Numbered from the stretch's first letter, positions 13,401 through 26,604 are shown. The stretch: 60,000 nt of DNA from Vicugna vicugna (GCA_013265495.1 MU057560.1:3224909-3284908), one strand, 5' to 3'. Notes: generated by a model not told the origin, from the sequence alone. Numbers and translations are program-made.

Positions 13401-13723
13401 CCGCCGCACCCACCACGCCCGAGGCGCCCGCCGTCGCAGGTTTTTACCTCCAAGCCCTCGCGATCACCATGGACCCTCCATCCGCACTGACCTCCCTCAG
13501 TGGTTTGCCGTTCCTGAGAAACCCAGGGCTGGGACCACTGGCGTGCCCATGTGTCCCGGTGGCGGGGGGAGACGAGGGCCGGGTGGTCGGCTGAGACAGC
13601 AAGCGCCTGCAAAACCGCAGCAGTGCAGACAACCAGGCGAAGCCAACAGCTCGTTTCTCACCTAAAAGCACACACCACCTTCCAAACTGCTGCAACGCAT
13701 GCCAGCTGCCGCGCCGCTGTCAC

Positions 13724-13781
13724 CTGCGTGGTCTTTCAATATTTTCGATATGACGACAGGGACTCTGTGCGCCAAGCCTCC
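13724..13781 (-). CDS. SNTG2: SNTG2 exon 4 (PDZ), open
   Basis: Acceptor tcttccag, then GGLAHRVPVVISKILKDHA plus one G, then donor gtgaca; 58 nt, separated from exon 3 by an 81-nt intron. Confidence 0.93.
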
Positions 13782-13862
13782 CTGGAAGACAGGCAGCGGG
13801 AGTGCAGGTCAGGTCAGCACAGGGCCAGCGCAGGAAAGGAGCGTGGGGCCACCCGCTCACAC

Positions 13863-13919
13863 CTTTACGCTCAGGCCCAAGCCGCCCCCGGGCTGTCGGC
13901 GAAGTGTAACCGTTCTGTG
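13863..13919 (-). CDS. SNTG2: SNTG2 exon 3 (start of PDZ domain, carboxylate-binding GLGL loop), open
   Basis: Acceptor ttttaaag, then HRTVTLRRQPGGGLGLSVK, then donor gtgtga; 57 nt. Confidence 0.93.
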
Positions 13920-16900
13920 CTTTAAAACACTTAGGAAGAAAAAGAACAGTCTATGTTAGAATGCACAGTCAGAAAGGGAGTACAAAATGCACAAGCAGCT
14001 TCCGCGTGAAACGCGAGGAACTGTTTATAACGTATTTCCAGAGTCACCCCAGTCACAACACCATCTCCAGTCCAGCCCCTGCCGTGACACGGACGCGGAC
14101 ACGGACAGAATCAGCCCTGTTCTGCGCGTGATTTAAAAGCCACACAGAACTCCGGCAGGCGGGCGCTCTTCCCCTCACCGTCCCTGGGAGTCGAAGCACC
14201 ATGAGGGGAACACTGGCCGTTTCCCGGGGGGCAGACAGTGAGGCCGCAGAGCACACCCTGACCTGTCCCTAACGTCTGTTCTCCCTGCAAAACCGGCTCC
14301 CTCTGCACCGCCCTCCTCCGTGCAGCTCAGTCACTCTTAGGCCAGGTTTCAGGTGATCAGTGTGAACTCTCGAGTGATCAGTTATTCCACGTCCGGATCC
14401 AGTTTAAAGGCGTCGGTGCTGATGAGAAGCCAGATTTCCCCTTGCCCTTGGTGGGGGGTGACTGGCTGGGCACCGTCCCGTCTCGTACACGTTCCATCAC
14501 GTGACGGACTGTGTTTTGGTCTAAACTGCCTGACTGTTAGCTGTGGGGCTGAGAGGGCGAGACCAGGGAGGCCTGGACCAGCTGAAGCGGCTGCAGCGAG
14601 CGTGCTCACCGGAGGGACCATCGGAACGACGGGAGCGCCCAGCATCGCTGGGATGAGCGAGCGCAGAGGTGAGCGCTTTCAGACGCCAAAGAGTGCGTGT
14701 GTGCAAAGCCCGCAAAGAGAGACCCCGGCCGGGGAAGAGCGGGGTGTCCCGAGGGGCCCCGCGGGGGACGCGCCCACTGCCGGCGAGAAAGGACCCGGAA
14801 GCCGTACGGCCACCTGTCACTTACTTACACGCTTTTATTTTTATCATTTTAACTTCTCATATTTATTTATTTATATTTATTATTTTATTATTTAAAATCC
14901 ACTTGTAATTTTAGTCTTTGGAGTGAATATATTATAACCTTAAAGACACCAAAAATTAGAGCAAATAAACCTCTTGTAGGGTGTACGTGGGACACATTCG
15001 ACTATTCTGAGCTCTTCAGCACATGCAACGCTTTGAACTGATGAAATACTTTCACAGTCAAATGTGGGAAGAGCTGTACTTCAGGACTTTGGTTTCAGAG
15101 AAACCGTTTCGCCTTTTCCCTCGTCCTGGACTGGGTTCCCAGTGAGGGAGGTGGGGGCAGCAGTGACACTCGTGCGACAGGGACACCGTGGTGACTTCCA
15201 GGCCGTGTTCTAAGTGCACGTCTGAAACGCCGGGAGCACCTTCACCTGCACAGAGTCCGACGCAGCAGAAGCAGGCGTGAGGCTCGGTCCCCGGCAGGTC
15301 CCCAAGTGCGACACGGGAGCTGACTCTCCAGGTCAGCGAGCATCTCCCGAGTGTGACCAGCAGCGTGGGGACACTCGCTCCCTCTGTTCTGCCCTCGGCC
15401 CTGAGGTCCCCCTGCGCTCAGGCTCGGCTGGGGCGGGATAAGCCCACGTGCAACACATCGGCCCTGAGCTTCCAGCAGAGACCTTCTGAGCGTCGGGAGG
15501 TGGGAAAGCTGGGTCGTCCAGAACATCGACCAGGAGGCTGCGGAGCTCCTCAAAACAGTCGATGATGCTTTCCACTTTTCCCACTGGGATAAGCAGCAGA
15601 ACCCACTGAGAGCAGGAGAGTACGCGTCAGGGGAAACGTGTTTGAGAAGGAGCAGGTGGGTCCTGCCTCCAAAGAGCTCCCCAAATAACGACCTTTCGAC
15701 TGTGTCATTTTGTTCCCACGGGGACCTTAGGAAGACAATGCAAAGGAAACACCAAGAAATGGTCAACGAAGCCAAGTTCTAAGATTCCTAACAGGGGAGG
15801 GAAGGAATTCGTGTCATAACCCTCTTTAACTCGGAGCACCTGCCACCCAGGGTCCCGGCTCAGCCAGAGTCCTGGCCACTCAGATGCCCACTCCACGCGG
15901 TCTGCCGCAGTGCCCCTCCTGAGCACACGTGGCCCCCCATGTGAGCCTCGCTCAGCAAAGCTGCATGTGTCCACATCAGACACTGCAACTGGGGCTTAAT
16001 GCGAACTTCCCATCTGTTACAGCTGCAAGCTGAGGCTCAGATCAGAACATTGCAGTGTCCAGAGATGGGCTTCAGCCGGTTACAAAGATAAAACTGGCCC
16101 TTGTGAGGGATGCCACCAGGCCTGCTGTCCCCCTCCCCGGCCCAGGGCACCTTCACCCACACCCCCGGTCACTGGTGAGTCCACACTCCAGCCTCGCCCC
16201 ACCCCGGCCCCCCCGACATCACCGCCGGGACCACCTGCTACCAAGAGCCAGCAGGCTTTCATGACACACGTGGCGGAAGAGCCCGAAAGAGGGATTGTTA
16301 ATGTTAGCAATTTAGGAGAATTTTCTGAGGATTTTAGTTCTCACACACACACAAAACCTTCTCAATTTTTTTCAGAAAACAGATGTTAGTGGATTTTGAT
16401 GTTGGGGAGGGTGTGGGAGGAGGGTGTCAGGCCCCAGATCCACGACGGGAGCAAACACCCTGGAAGGGTCTTGCAGGTCGGGGTCCAGGTCTCTCTTTCC
16501 TCTCTTCCTAAAGCTTCGACACCAATGACTCCAAAGAAAAAGACCCAGGACCCAGAGTCAATTTATGGTGTGAATACATGTGTAGAAATCAATTTTCAGA
16601 AACTGAAAACAAATGGGTTTTCAATTCAGGTCTTGGGAAAAATGGAAAAAATTCAGAAATAAATGTCTGCCAACAAATAGATACTAAGAATGGGAAAAAG
16701 ACAATGGTGAGGAAGTACGTCCAGGGAGTTCAGAAGGGCTGTTTTGTTACAAAGTTACTTGCAGTTTGGGCTGCAGGATAAAGTATCTGGTGGGAAATCA
16801 GGAAATACAGCAACAAAGATTACAGACAAGAGTAAAATCGTTCTTTAAGTTAAATACTAAATTACAGGTGGTACCTACTTCTGATCTATAAACCCAAAGA

Positions 16901-19900
16901 ACAGAAAGCAAAAGGGTGCTCCAGAAAGCACGTCGAACGAGGCGGAGAGAAGTAGAAACAGTGCGTTGATTTTATAACAAAAGAGCGATGACAGGATTGT
17001 GCTGCGTGTCGCACGCAGAACTGATCAGAAACTGCCGCGTCCTTGGCCAGTGTCACGGCAACCACGTCGCCTGTCGTGGAGACCGTAATCCAAGCTTAAC
17101 TCCTTCATCCGAACTAACATTAAAATCTGTTGACATTTTTCACAGGGCATGTTGTGTAAATCATAAACCTAACTTTTTTTTAATGATTTTAACCAGTTCG
17201 GTGGACCATTGTGACGGCCCTGGGACCACCTGCAATGCCTCTCTTCGGCCCTGTGGCGGCCAGTTAGCGCGTCACAGAGGTTGCTCAGTGGTCTTACTGA
17301 GCTGAGCACCTTTCACAATGCACCTGTCTCTGCACTGGGTAACTCGCCCCTCAGTCACTCGCTCGCACAGCTGCAAAGAGACAGGCGGGAAACCCAGGAA
17401 GCCAGGCCCGGACGTGAAGGGCACGCGGTCCCGGGCGGGGGAGCCCGTGTGCCTGGATCTAGGCATCCCCGACGGGACACGTTGACGGGGAAGGGAGGGC
17501 CGACAGCTGTGGCGTCGGGTGGATGCAGAGCTAAAATACGCGGGCCCGATTCTACCTTCTACCGTCAGGCCACAGATGTGTGCTGTTAGCCCGACACCCC
17601 TTCCCCGGGGAGGACTGGACTCTGACAGGACACAGAACCCCCAGAGAGGAGGGGCCCGCACACCCCCTACAAACCGGGCGCGCGTTTCAGGCAGGGAAGT
17701 GGGCGTCTCTCCCTCCAGGGGTCCCCTGGGGCCCGAGACACAGACTGACGTCCTTCACCAGTGAGGAGCCCACTGCCCCCTGAGCCCCTCCGCTTCTGTC
17801 TCCACGGCCCCAGCAGCACCCGCGCCGCCCTGCGGGCCTCCGACCTGCTCTTCTCTATTTGCCGACCCTGGTGCTCCCCCACCGCCCCGCCGCGGGTCCC
17901 TCAGCCCCTGGCGCTCCCCCCGGCCCCGCGGGCCCCTCAGACCAGCCTCACTGTTTGATGGCCGAAGCCTTCTTTCTGACAGACATGCTGTTTAGCTCGC
18001 ACCCCGAGACTGCTCTCCTTCCCTGCTCTTGTCCTCTCTGGTTGGTTCCACGCCTACTGGGTCGCCGTGCACGGCCCTCCCTCCCGGCCGCACTGGCAGG
18101 GCCTCTCTCGTGTCTTCAGACGTAGTGAACACGTGCACCGTGTGGCGCCGGACCCCCAGGTCGGGGGTCTTTGCGGGCCCACGTCCCCACTCTCTCCTCT
18201 CTGCGTCCCTGCCCCGTCCTCTTCCCCGTGGCTTCCTCTCCACAGGCCCCCGGGAACCTGCCCTGGGGAGTCACCTCAGACCCGAATGTGAAGGGTGCTC
18301 CTGCAGAAGGGACACACCGCTTCCCCCTGCGCGGACCGGGGCCCCCAGACCTGGCAGCCCTACAGCCTCCTTTATCCGTGTGGGGCTTTCATGGCACAGG
18401 GACCGGTGAATCCCAGCCGCAGACCCAAAGCAGGGCGGGCGGGGGTGAGGGTCCCTCTTCCTTCTGGAGCCAGTGCCAGGTGGGGAGGACTCTTCCCTCC
18501 CACGGGGCGGGCTTTGTTTTCAGGTCCACACACCGCAGCCGTGACCCCGGGCTCTCCTCCTCCAGGCAGGGAGGGGGCCGGTCTATCCTCCCTCTGGCGT
18601 CCCCCCCGGCTGTCTCCTGGTGTCCACACTGAACCCCCCATCAGGTCACGCTGGGGGCACACCAGGCTCGGGGACTGGCCCTCCCAGAGCTCACACGACT
18701 TCCGCGTCACTGAGCCTCCCCAGCGTCGCTGGCGCTTGTGTCTCTGGGAACATCCCGCACGTCTCTGGGCCTGTGCTGTCTTGGGAACCCAACACGCAGC
18801 ACCCGCCGGGTCACAAACTAGCCGAGGAGCTGCTGAGATGCTGCCCCGATTCTGTAATCAGCTCCGTGAGCTCAGACAACAACTTCCTTCCCCACGAATC
18901 CCAACTTCCCAAACAGGAAAGTGAGGGTGTGGAATCTCCCAGATATATTCCAGCCACAAATGTGCCGTGACTCGAAGTGCCAGATACAACAGAGATCCTG
19001 GAACGTGTTCCTTCAGCGGAATGTGTTTAGATGTAACTTCCTCACCACATTCATTTAAAACACAAATGTAAACGTAGAGTTTAGAAAATTAAACTGTGTC
19101 AAGTGTACAGCGACAGCTACAAAAATAAAGCAATCCAAGCACAAACTGAAACAGAACAAGCGAGCTCTTCCACGCTGCAAGGCGCACACTCTCTTAGGAG
19201 GGAGTCAGCAAACCCAGAGGCTGTGAGTCTTCAAAGTGCCATGTTGATGTCAGGAAAGAGGAACATAAATGCAGTGCAGACTCTTAGATTCCAAGTTCGG
19301 AGGCTGGATCAGCAGAGTTAAGAATATGTCGGTTTTACTAAAGAGCAGATTTAGTTTTACATTAGCTCTTCCCCTCCTGGATGAAGAACAACACCCACCC
19401 TTAACTGACACCACACTTACTTCCTTCCCAGTAGGTTCAAGGAAACAAAATACAAGTCTGCGCAACCGTGTCTTCCCAGACAATCAGCACGTAAGCGCAG
19501 CCCAAGGTGTAGGGTTCCGTGTGAACTTTGTGTTAAGCTTCAAGAGAACCAAACTCCTCCAGGCTCACTTCTGAGTAAGTGCTGAGTCAAAGGAGTGTTG
19601 ACTTTGAAGTGAGCAGGGACCTCCCACTGAGAAGAGCCCGAAATGTGAGAATCAATCATCAGTAGTACCTCCCATTAAGAAAACTGATCTTGAAAATCAA
19701 AACACCAGCGTGAGCCGTCCACAGACTCAGTGGCGGCATCTGAGCTCACGGGGCCTGACAAACGAGGCGCTTGCTCTAAGACGCTGACCCGGTCTCGGGG
19801 TCCCCGTGACCAGCCGCCTTCTGCTGGACTTTCCCATCTACAGTGCAGACTCCGCGACCCGGCTGAACTGACTCCGACGACAAGTTTTCATCTCCCGGGA

Positions 19901-21471
19901 GCCACACAGGAACTCGAGGTTGGTGAGCTGTAAATTCACACTCATTTCTTCCGCTGATCCACTGTGGAATCGTTGCATCTTCCTTTCCTGCTCTTCAGAA
20001 AAATTTTAAATGGAAAATAATTGTCCTCAACCAGGTTCTCTGGTGGAAGTTAACATGGAAACATCCAGCTGTGAACATACTGAGAGTCGAGGCTCTGGTG
20101 TCCCTCAGAGGGGTTCTGACTCTAAAAACAGCCCTGACTTTTGCTAAAAGGAGTCTTTCTTATCCTCCAAACACACGATAAATTCTCATGTCAAGGTTAG
20201 TTTTATTTTTATAATCAGCTGAAGAGCACGGGGTTTCAGCTGCAACTCAAACCAATGGGATTGAATCCAACGTGAGTCTGTAACTGGGAGAGATTCTGAT
20301 CTCAGCAACTGACTATGTTCATCTAGGCGCGGAAACGTCCTCTGAACGCCCCTCCCAACTGTGCAGCCCAGATATGCGTGTTTACTCAAGCACATGTCCA
20401 CCACTTTCCTAGAACAGAGGGCTTCCTGGGGATCCAGCAGAGAGCAGTAAGGAGGGGCGGAGACTGGGTACAAAGCCCGTGAACCCCGTGTCCCCACCCA
20501 CACCCTTATTTTAGGGCAGGAAACACTAACATCAAGCTTCAGGCTTCGATAATCACTTGAAAATGAAAACATGCATTTATGGGTCTGAATATACACCCAT
20601 TTCTCTTAAGAAGGAATCTATAATTTTCATCAGGAACTTAACCTTGGGCAGAAAATCTGACACTGAATAGAATTTAAAAGTGTAGGTTATTTTTCCTGGA
20701 CAAAATAGCCTAGAAACATTGTGTGTTTTTACTATAACTTGTCTGAGATTTTCTAGAGATTACAAATTCACTATTAAGAAGGGTCATTTTTTTCAAGTGG
20801 TTAGAGTGGTCCCATGGCTCCCTCCCCAGCCCCACCCCATGGCATCCAGAGCCGCTGCAGGGAAATGAGCAAAGGAATGGACACTGCCAGGACCACGCAA
20901 AGATGGGACGAGACCTCTCCACTTTCAGAAAGAAAGCAGACATCGGGGTGTTAGCAGGGTCTTCTCGGGGCTAGTGGAGCGCAAGGGGGTCTGCAGGGTG
21001 CAGAGATTCCCCAGGGTGGGGTACACAGGATATGAGTCTGCAGCTCTCCAGAGGATGGCAGGAAGGACTGCCTCCTGGTCTGGCCTCATAGGTCCTGGAC
21101 CCACGGGGGCACCCTCCCCAGATGCAGCAGCCAGACCCAGACCCGGGAAGGCAGACCTACGACACGGGAGGGAGGGTGGACCTGGGTCAGGGCAGATGGA
21201 GGAGGATTTCAGGTGGAGACGTGAGTTTTGAGAGTCACGAGAGCCTGTGTGGACATATGGCAGGCTCAGGCCTCCCCAGCAAGGTCACGGCATTGCATCT
21301 CACGAGGAAATGCCGAGTGCGGGACCACAGCCCCGGAGGAGGTGCCAGTCCGGCTCACCTCCAGCACAAAGGCCACAGGACTCAGAAACCACCCACCGCA
21401 GGTGTCCCCAGAGCCCGTGCCACTGCGAACTGGGGATGGAAGTGCTTCGGGGATACTTTAAAAAACACTCT

Positions 21472-21585
21472 GGGGGAGGGGATGGCGTGTGCTCAGCAGG
21501 CACGAGGTCCCGGGTTCAATCCCCAGCGCCTGCATCAAAAATAAATAAATAAACCAAATTACCTCCCAACAAAACACACAAAAGG
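21472..21585 (+). mobile_element. tRNA-derived SINE, Vic-1-like (camelid)
   Basis: ggggaggg head, ..gcacgaggtcccgggttcaatcccc with B box GGTTCAATCCC at 21513-21523, aaataaataaataaa linker, aattacctccc tail motif and A-rich end. Confidence 0.75.
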
Positions 21586-22397
21586 AAAGTCCTCTCCTCT
21601 ACACGGTTTCTTGCTCGTCAGGTTTTGCAGCCGATGGGGGGTGTAGTCAAAGGGGAGAGGAACGACCCGAGCTGATGACGCGCAGAGACTCGTCAGCAAG
21701 ATGCACGTCTATATCCACGGCTGCGAAACCTCCTGGAAGGATGTGGGAAGCGGAACACGGCTTCAGATACAGTATGTTGTGTGTTTAACACATCGTCGGC
21801 GGGAGGCCCAGGTAAACTCTGAGCTGAGACCCTTCACCCTAATCTTCATTCAGTATTCTAGCGCATCTAACACAAAAGCTTCCTACTGTTAAGGACATTT
21901 CATCTGTAAGTCTGCAGCCGAGAAGGACCGAGCTTCACCTGGAGATCCTGATCTGTACCCACGGATGCAGGGACACGGTCGATAACCTGACACTGAAAAA
22001 CGCCTGCCTGAGCTTGCGCTGCAAGTCGTTCTGGACAGAAACCCTCGGGTTACTACTCTGTCAGGGAGTAGACTGTCACACCACTGCCTTCTAGCTTCCA
22101 ATGAAACTATGCCCAACCTGACTGCAGTGTTCGGGGGTGTTTTTAATGTGCAGCTCCCCAAGGAAAATACATTCATAAAACGTCAGGGAGAGCGCAAGTG
22201 ATACGATGCTGACAATGACAGGCTGCTCTGCGACAACGAAGGCCAGCGGTGGGACCTCTAGGTTCGGCGGAGGACCGAGTCCGGCAGGTCCCGCAGGACC
22301 ACCCGTGGGCGGCTCTGCCTGGGGAGACCCTCTGGGCTCATCGGGGTGGGACGGTCTGGGACAAACCCCTGGGGCCTGCAGACGCGGGAGCACTGAC

Positions 22398-22533
22398 GTT
22401 CGCACTGTGGGTGCTGCCACTGACACAGGACGTCTTGCTTTTGAACTGTCAGTACCTCTTCCGTCAGCTTCAGCCGGACGTCGTAGGCGTGTCCAGACCC
22501 TGGGTCGCACAGCAGTGCGGTCCCGGTTTTGGT
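22398..22533 (-). pseudogene. SNTG2: SNTG2 exon 2 (N-terminal split-PH segment), with 2-nt deletion
   Basis: Acceptor ctgtctccgcag, then TKTGTALLCDPGSGHAYDVRLKLTEEVLTVQKQDV. The tail VSGSTHSAN is in a shifted frame. Donor gtcagt. Length is 136 nt versus 138 expected. Confidence 0.88.
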
Positions 22534-22714
22534 CTGCGGAGACAGTGGGGTCGGGGCAGTGAGGCCAGGGGAGCCTAGAGCTCGCCCGCACGGCCAGCAC
22601 CGACGGCTGGGCCGTCCGCACTCGGCTGCCGAGGGCCTGCCCAGCGTAACGCACAGCAGTGGAATCTTTACTGTGTCTTCCCGAGTTGTCTTCAGAGAAT
22701 TGGGTGTAAAACTT

Positions 22715-22988
22715 TTTTTTGAACACTTTCTTTCTTTATGAATTGAATACAGTCAATCTACAACGTTGTGTTAGTGTCTGGTGCACAGCACAGTGATTCA
22801 GTTACACATGTACACAGATATTCCTTTCCACATTCTTTTTCATTATAGGTCATTATAAGGTATTGAATAGAGTTCCTCGTGGCGTACGGCAGGACCTTGT
22901 TTTTTAAATCTATTTTATATACAGTAGTTAGTATCTGCTAATCCCAAACTCCCAGTTTATCCCTTTTCTCCCAGTAACTAAGTTTGTA
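22715..22988 (-). mobile_element. Short 5'-truncated L1 3' UTR fragment
   Basis: Reverse complement of the same 3' UTR motifs seen at 1-402 (cacagtgattcagtta, tattgaatagagttcc, gtatctgctaatcccaaactccca), with a poly-T at the left end. Confidence 0.8.
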
Positions 22989-25209
22989 AAACATGTTTTT
23001 ACAGGATAATTAGTCCTCACGTTTTTAAAAGCCTGAATGCTTTACTAGTACTTTATTTTAATCTATTTTTCTACTTCGCATTTTTCACTTTGACCAAAGC
23101 TATTTGAGTGAAAATGATAACTTTCAATAAAGATCCAAATAATATTTTCATGGAGATCTGTTGTTCTGGAGCAGGAAGGTGACACACTGACAATAAGCAG
23201 GATGATGTCAGGGTTACAGTCACTGAATGCACAGACGGGATGGTGACTCCATCAGACATGCCCCGGGATGAGGCATGGAGCGCCCGCCCACCAGCCCGCC
23301 CTCCAGGGAGGCTGGGAACAAGGTGTTTTCTGTCCTCCCCACACACCAAGCAATTCCACCTGCATTTGTTGGGAAGTACTGACTGGAGATTTAGTAATTA
23401 CAGAAGATAATGTACCAGGTGTTCTTAGCAGGTGATGAGTCAGGAAGACACCTTTGGATCAATTAGCAGAAGTCACCTCCTCCCGTGTGGACATCACAGA
23501 AATGTTCCCTGGCTGAGCAGCCCCAGGTCGCCCAGGTGGGCGCGGGTCCCGGGCCTGCACCTGATGACCTCCCATCTGTCTTACGCCTGCACCAGGCTCT
23601 GGCCAGCATGGTCTCAGGCACAGCCCTGCACCTGGGAGGAAGGAAGGAGGGGAGAACGGGCACTTGGAGAGGTCACAGGGGTCTAGTCCTCAGGCCAGGA
23701 CCAGAGGATGGCCCCAGGGCACACGGAGCCCCAGCCAGGTCCCAGGAGCAAGGGTGCAACCAGTGTTGCCTCTGTCCCTCCACTGTCCTGGCAGGAGAGG
23801 CCCTTCCTGGGCTAACAGCTCCCTCATGTTCAAGGTCACAATCCGGAGCAGAAGGAAAATTGGGGTGGGGGCAGTGCTCCCTGAGGGGTCCTGGAGGAGG
23901 CCCAGGTTCAGTGAGGGTAATGCTGAGTCCCAGTGCGTCACTCGGTCAGCCTGGAGTGCCGGGTCTGCAGAGCCCCGCCTGGGCCTCCCCCAGGGACCCG
24001 GGTCTAATCCCCGTAGGATGTGGTCTGAGCACCAGGAATTTGAGACACTCAGCATTAGCTTCTGTGAGGCTGACAAGCTGGGGAAGGAAGGCCCAGGCCA
24101 GGAGGGAGGGCCCCCTGAGTCCCTGTGGAAGTGCAGGCCTCGGCCCACAGCCCCACCTGTCGAACCAGCATGGCCCTCCCCAGCACACCTGGTGACCCAT
24201 GTGGGTATTTTCAGGGAACACCACGAAATGCTTCCACCATTTAAATTATGTTAATAGCACAAAAAATGAGCACAGAAAACATCCCCAACAGCCTGTCTGA
24301 ATTGGCTGAACACTCACGGGGGCAGGACTACACAGACGTGCCGGGGCCCGGACACCACGGCCGGCGATCTGCCCGCCTCCCTGGCTACCCCATGCAGAGC
24401 TTGTCTGGCTCAAGCATAAACTCGAGAAGGTGGGACACCTGTGCACCCAGGGAGGCTCCCTTCTCCCCTGCCACCCACTGGAGTGGCTGAAACAGGGAGG
24501 GCCGGGTCCCCTGCGCCGATGCCTGAATCCCCTCAGCCCTGCTTCTGTCACTGACGCAGACCAGCTCCAGACACAGGAAGCCTGGGCGGGGGCTTGTCAC
24601 CTTTCCTGGGGTGTTTCCTGTAACTGTCATCACTAACTCCAGACACAGATCTGCCTCCACGCTGCACTGGTCCAGACCCTCTCCTGCTGTCCTCGACCCC
24701 CGCTGTGCCCTCCCCCTCCCAACACCCCCCCTACAGCTGAGAAACCTGCTGGGGTCTCACGGATGGGAGGGGAAGATGGGGGACACTTGGCTGTGAAAGT
24801 GCGTCTCTCCTGGTCCTAGTGTCAGCCAGCACGCTCGTGTCTGCTGGAGGTCCTGGGCCACGTCTCATATGCCAGACACAGCGACAGAGCTGACCGCCTG
24901 GCCTGCTCAGCGCCCACACGCTGGACCGACAGGAACGCGAAGCAAACATTTTCTGAACAAAATAAAGGTAAAGATGCGAGGGACGGAGAAGGAAAAACCA
25001 GCTCATTTTGGCGGTATTTTTTTAACTTCTAAAATTGCAGTTTTTTAACCATATATTTCAGTGAACCCTTCCTGAATTGAATTGAAATTAGTTGCATGAT
25101 TCAATTTTCCCCTTTGTTTTCCTAATTTAGTTTCTTCAACTGAAAATGTACTTTCTGTGAAAATCCATAAACTGCATCAATTCAAGCTCAGGTGACAGCA
25201 GAAGTAACA

Positions 25210-25750
25210 CACTGCCTGCGCGTCCGCGTGGAAGACGGACCCGCTGAGGCAGGCGTCAGCCGCGCTGCTCCGCCTGAGGATTTGCAGGCGGAGCCGCCCT
25301 GGAACCCGGCCAGCTCCCGGGCTCCCCGGGCCCGGCTGCGCCGCCACCACCACCGCGCAGCGCCGCGCCTCCCGCTCCTAGAGGGAGCGGCGGCACCGCA
25401 GCAACCTTCGCGCAGTCGGCGATGTGGGCGCGCGGCCCCCGGCGCCTCCCCGCGCGCACCCGGTCAGAGCCAGAGCGCCCGCTAAACGCGGCCCCCGGGC
25501 ACCGGGGGGGGGCGCGCTCCAAGGACCCCCGGAGGAGGCTCCCGGCGCTGCGGGGACCCGGGAGCCCCGCTGCCACCGGCAGGCTCGGGACGGAGGGCTG
25601 AGCGTCACCGGCCTCCGCAGCGGAGGGTGGGCACAGGCCGCGCCGACAGCGCTCGCAGACAAGGACCTTCACCGACAGCCGCAGAGCGGCGTCCGCTTCC
25701 CGTCGCAACGCAGGGCGCGGCTTTTCAAAGCGCCGTGAGACCGCGCGAAA
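25210..25750. promoter_or_regulatory. Intronic CpG-rich island in SNTG2 intron 1
   Basis: Dense CpG/GC sequence (cgcgc, ccgcg runs) sharply contrasting with the AT-rich flank at about 25010-25190. Function unknown. Confidence 0.55.
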
Positions 25751-25949
25751 ATGGAGGATTCTGACCACTGGCATGTAATTCCCCAGACTCGGAGAAGGAC
25801 CCGCGTCTCTGAATTTAAGCTCACCTTCCGGGAGGGTGAGCTCATGATCCGGGGACTGTAGGCCAAACAAAATGCCGTCAAACCCCTGTTATGACGGCTT
25901 CACTGGGGTGCTGGGGAGACAGGGAGGGACAAACGGTGCGGGATGATGT

Positions 25950-26040
25950 GGACGGGGAGGGGAGGGTGGAGCAGGAGGGGTGGGGAGGGGAGTGGAGAGT
26001 GGGGAAAGGGGAGTGGAGGGTGGGGGAGGGGAGTGGGAGA
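25950..26040 (+). repeat. G-rich purine tract with G-quadruplex potential
   Basis: Many G3-G5 runs separated by short linkers (ggggaggggagggtgg..ggggtggggagggg..). Confidence 0.7.
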
Positions 26041-26604
26041 ATCAGTCATTCTAATAGCTCAGTAGAATTGACATTCCTGCTTAAAAATCTTCACCTTGGG
26101 AAGAAAACAGAATCCTTGATACGTTCCTAGGATCTTACGAGGAGACTTCAGAGTTTAAAATTAATGAATCTGTTTACCTACATTTTTCAAAAAGCACGAA
26201 CACATCAGCACTGCACTGATCTGAGCAGCAGAAGCAGAAGCTCGAGGGCACCGGCGACTGCAGGACGCTGGTTTTTAAAATGTGCACGTGTGTGGACTGA
26301 AACCAAACCTACTGCTGGCCTGCAAGAAGCCCTCAAAACTCTCAAAGGGTCAGAATCGCTCAGATTGTGTCCTCCCACATACTCTGCAGTGGAAGATGAG
26401 CCGGAAATGATAACATAAAATCTCCTCTCCTTCAAAGTTAAGCGATATACTTCCAAATGACCGCGGATCAGGGTGGAAAAGTCAAGTGGAAATAGGATGT
26501 ATTTTGAATGGATATGGGGTTACAATTCTTTGAAACAGTCCTTCAAAGAAAATGTACATCTTTAATGCACTTTTTTATTTTTAAAAAGCCAAGGCTGAAA
26601 GCCG

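Noticed and set aside
15478..15783. Plus-strand open frame WESWVVQNIDQEAAELLKTVDDAF, faintly like a CR1/L2 endonuclease segment
   Set aside because: The similarity is too weak to call by eye; a Dfam or nhmmer search would be needed.
21472..21530. tRNA gene
   Set aside because: It has a B box but no A box or cloverleaf, and it is followed by a SINE tail.
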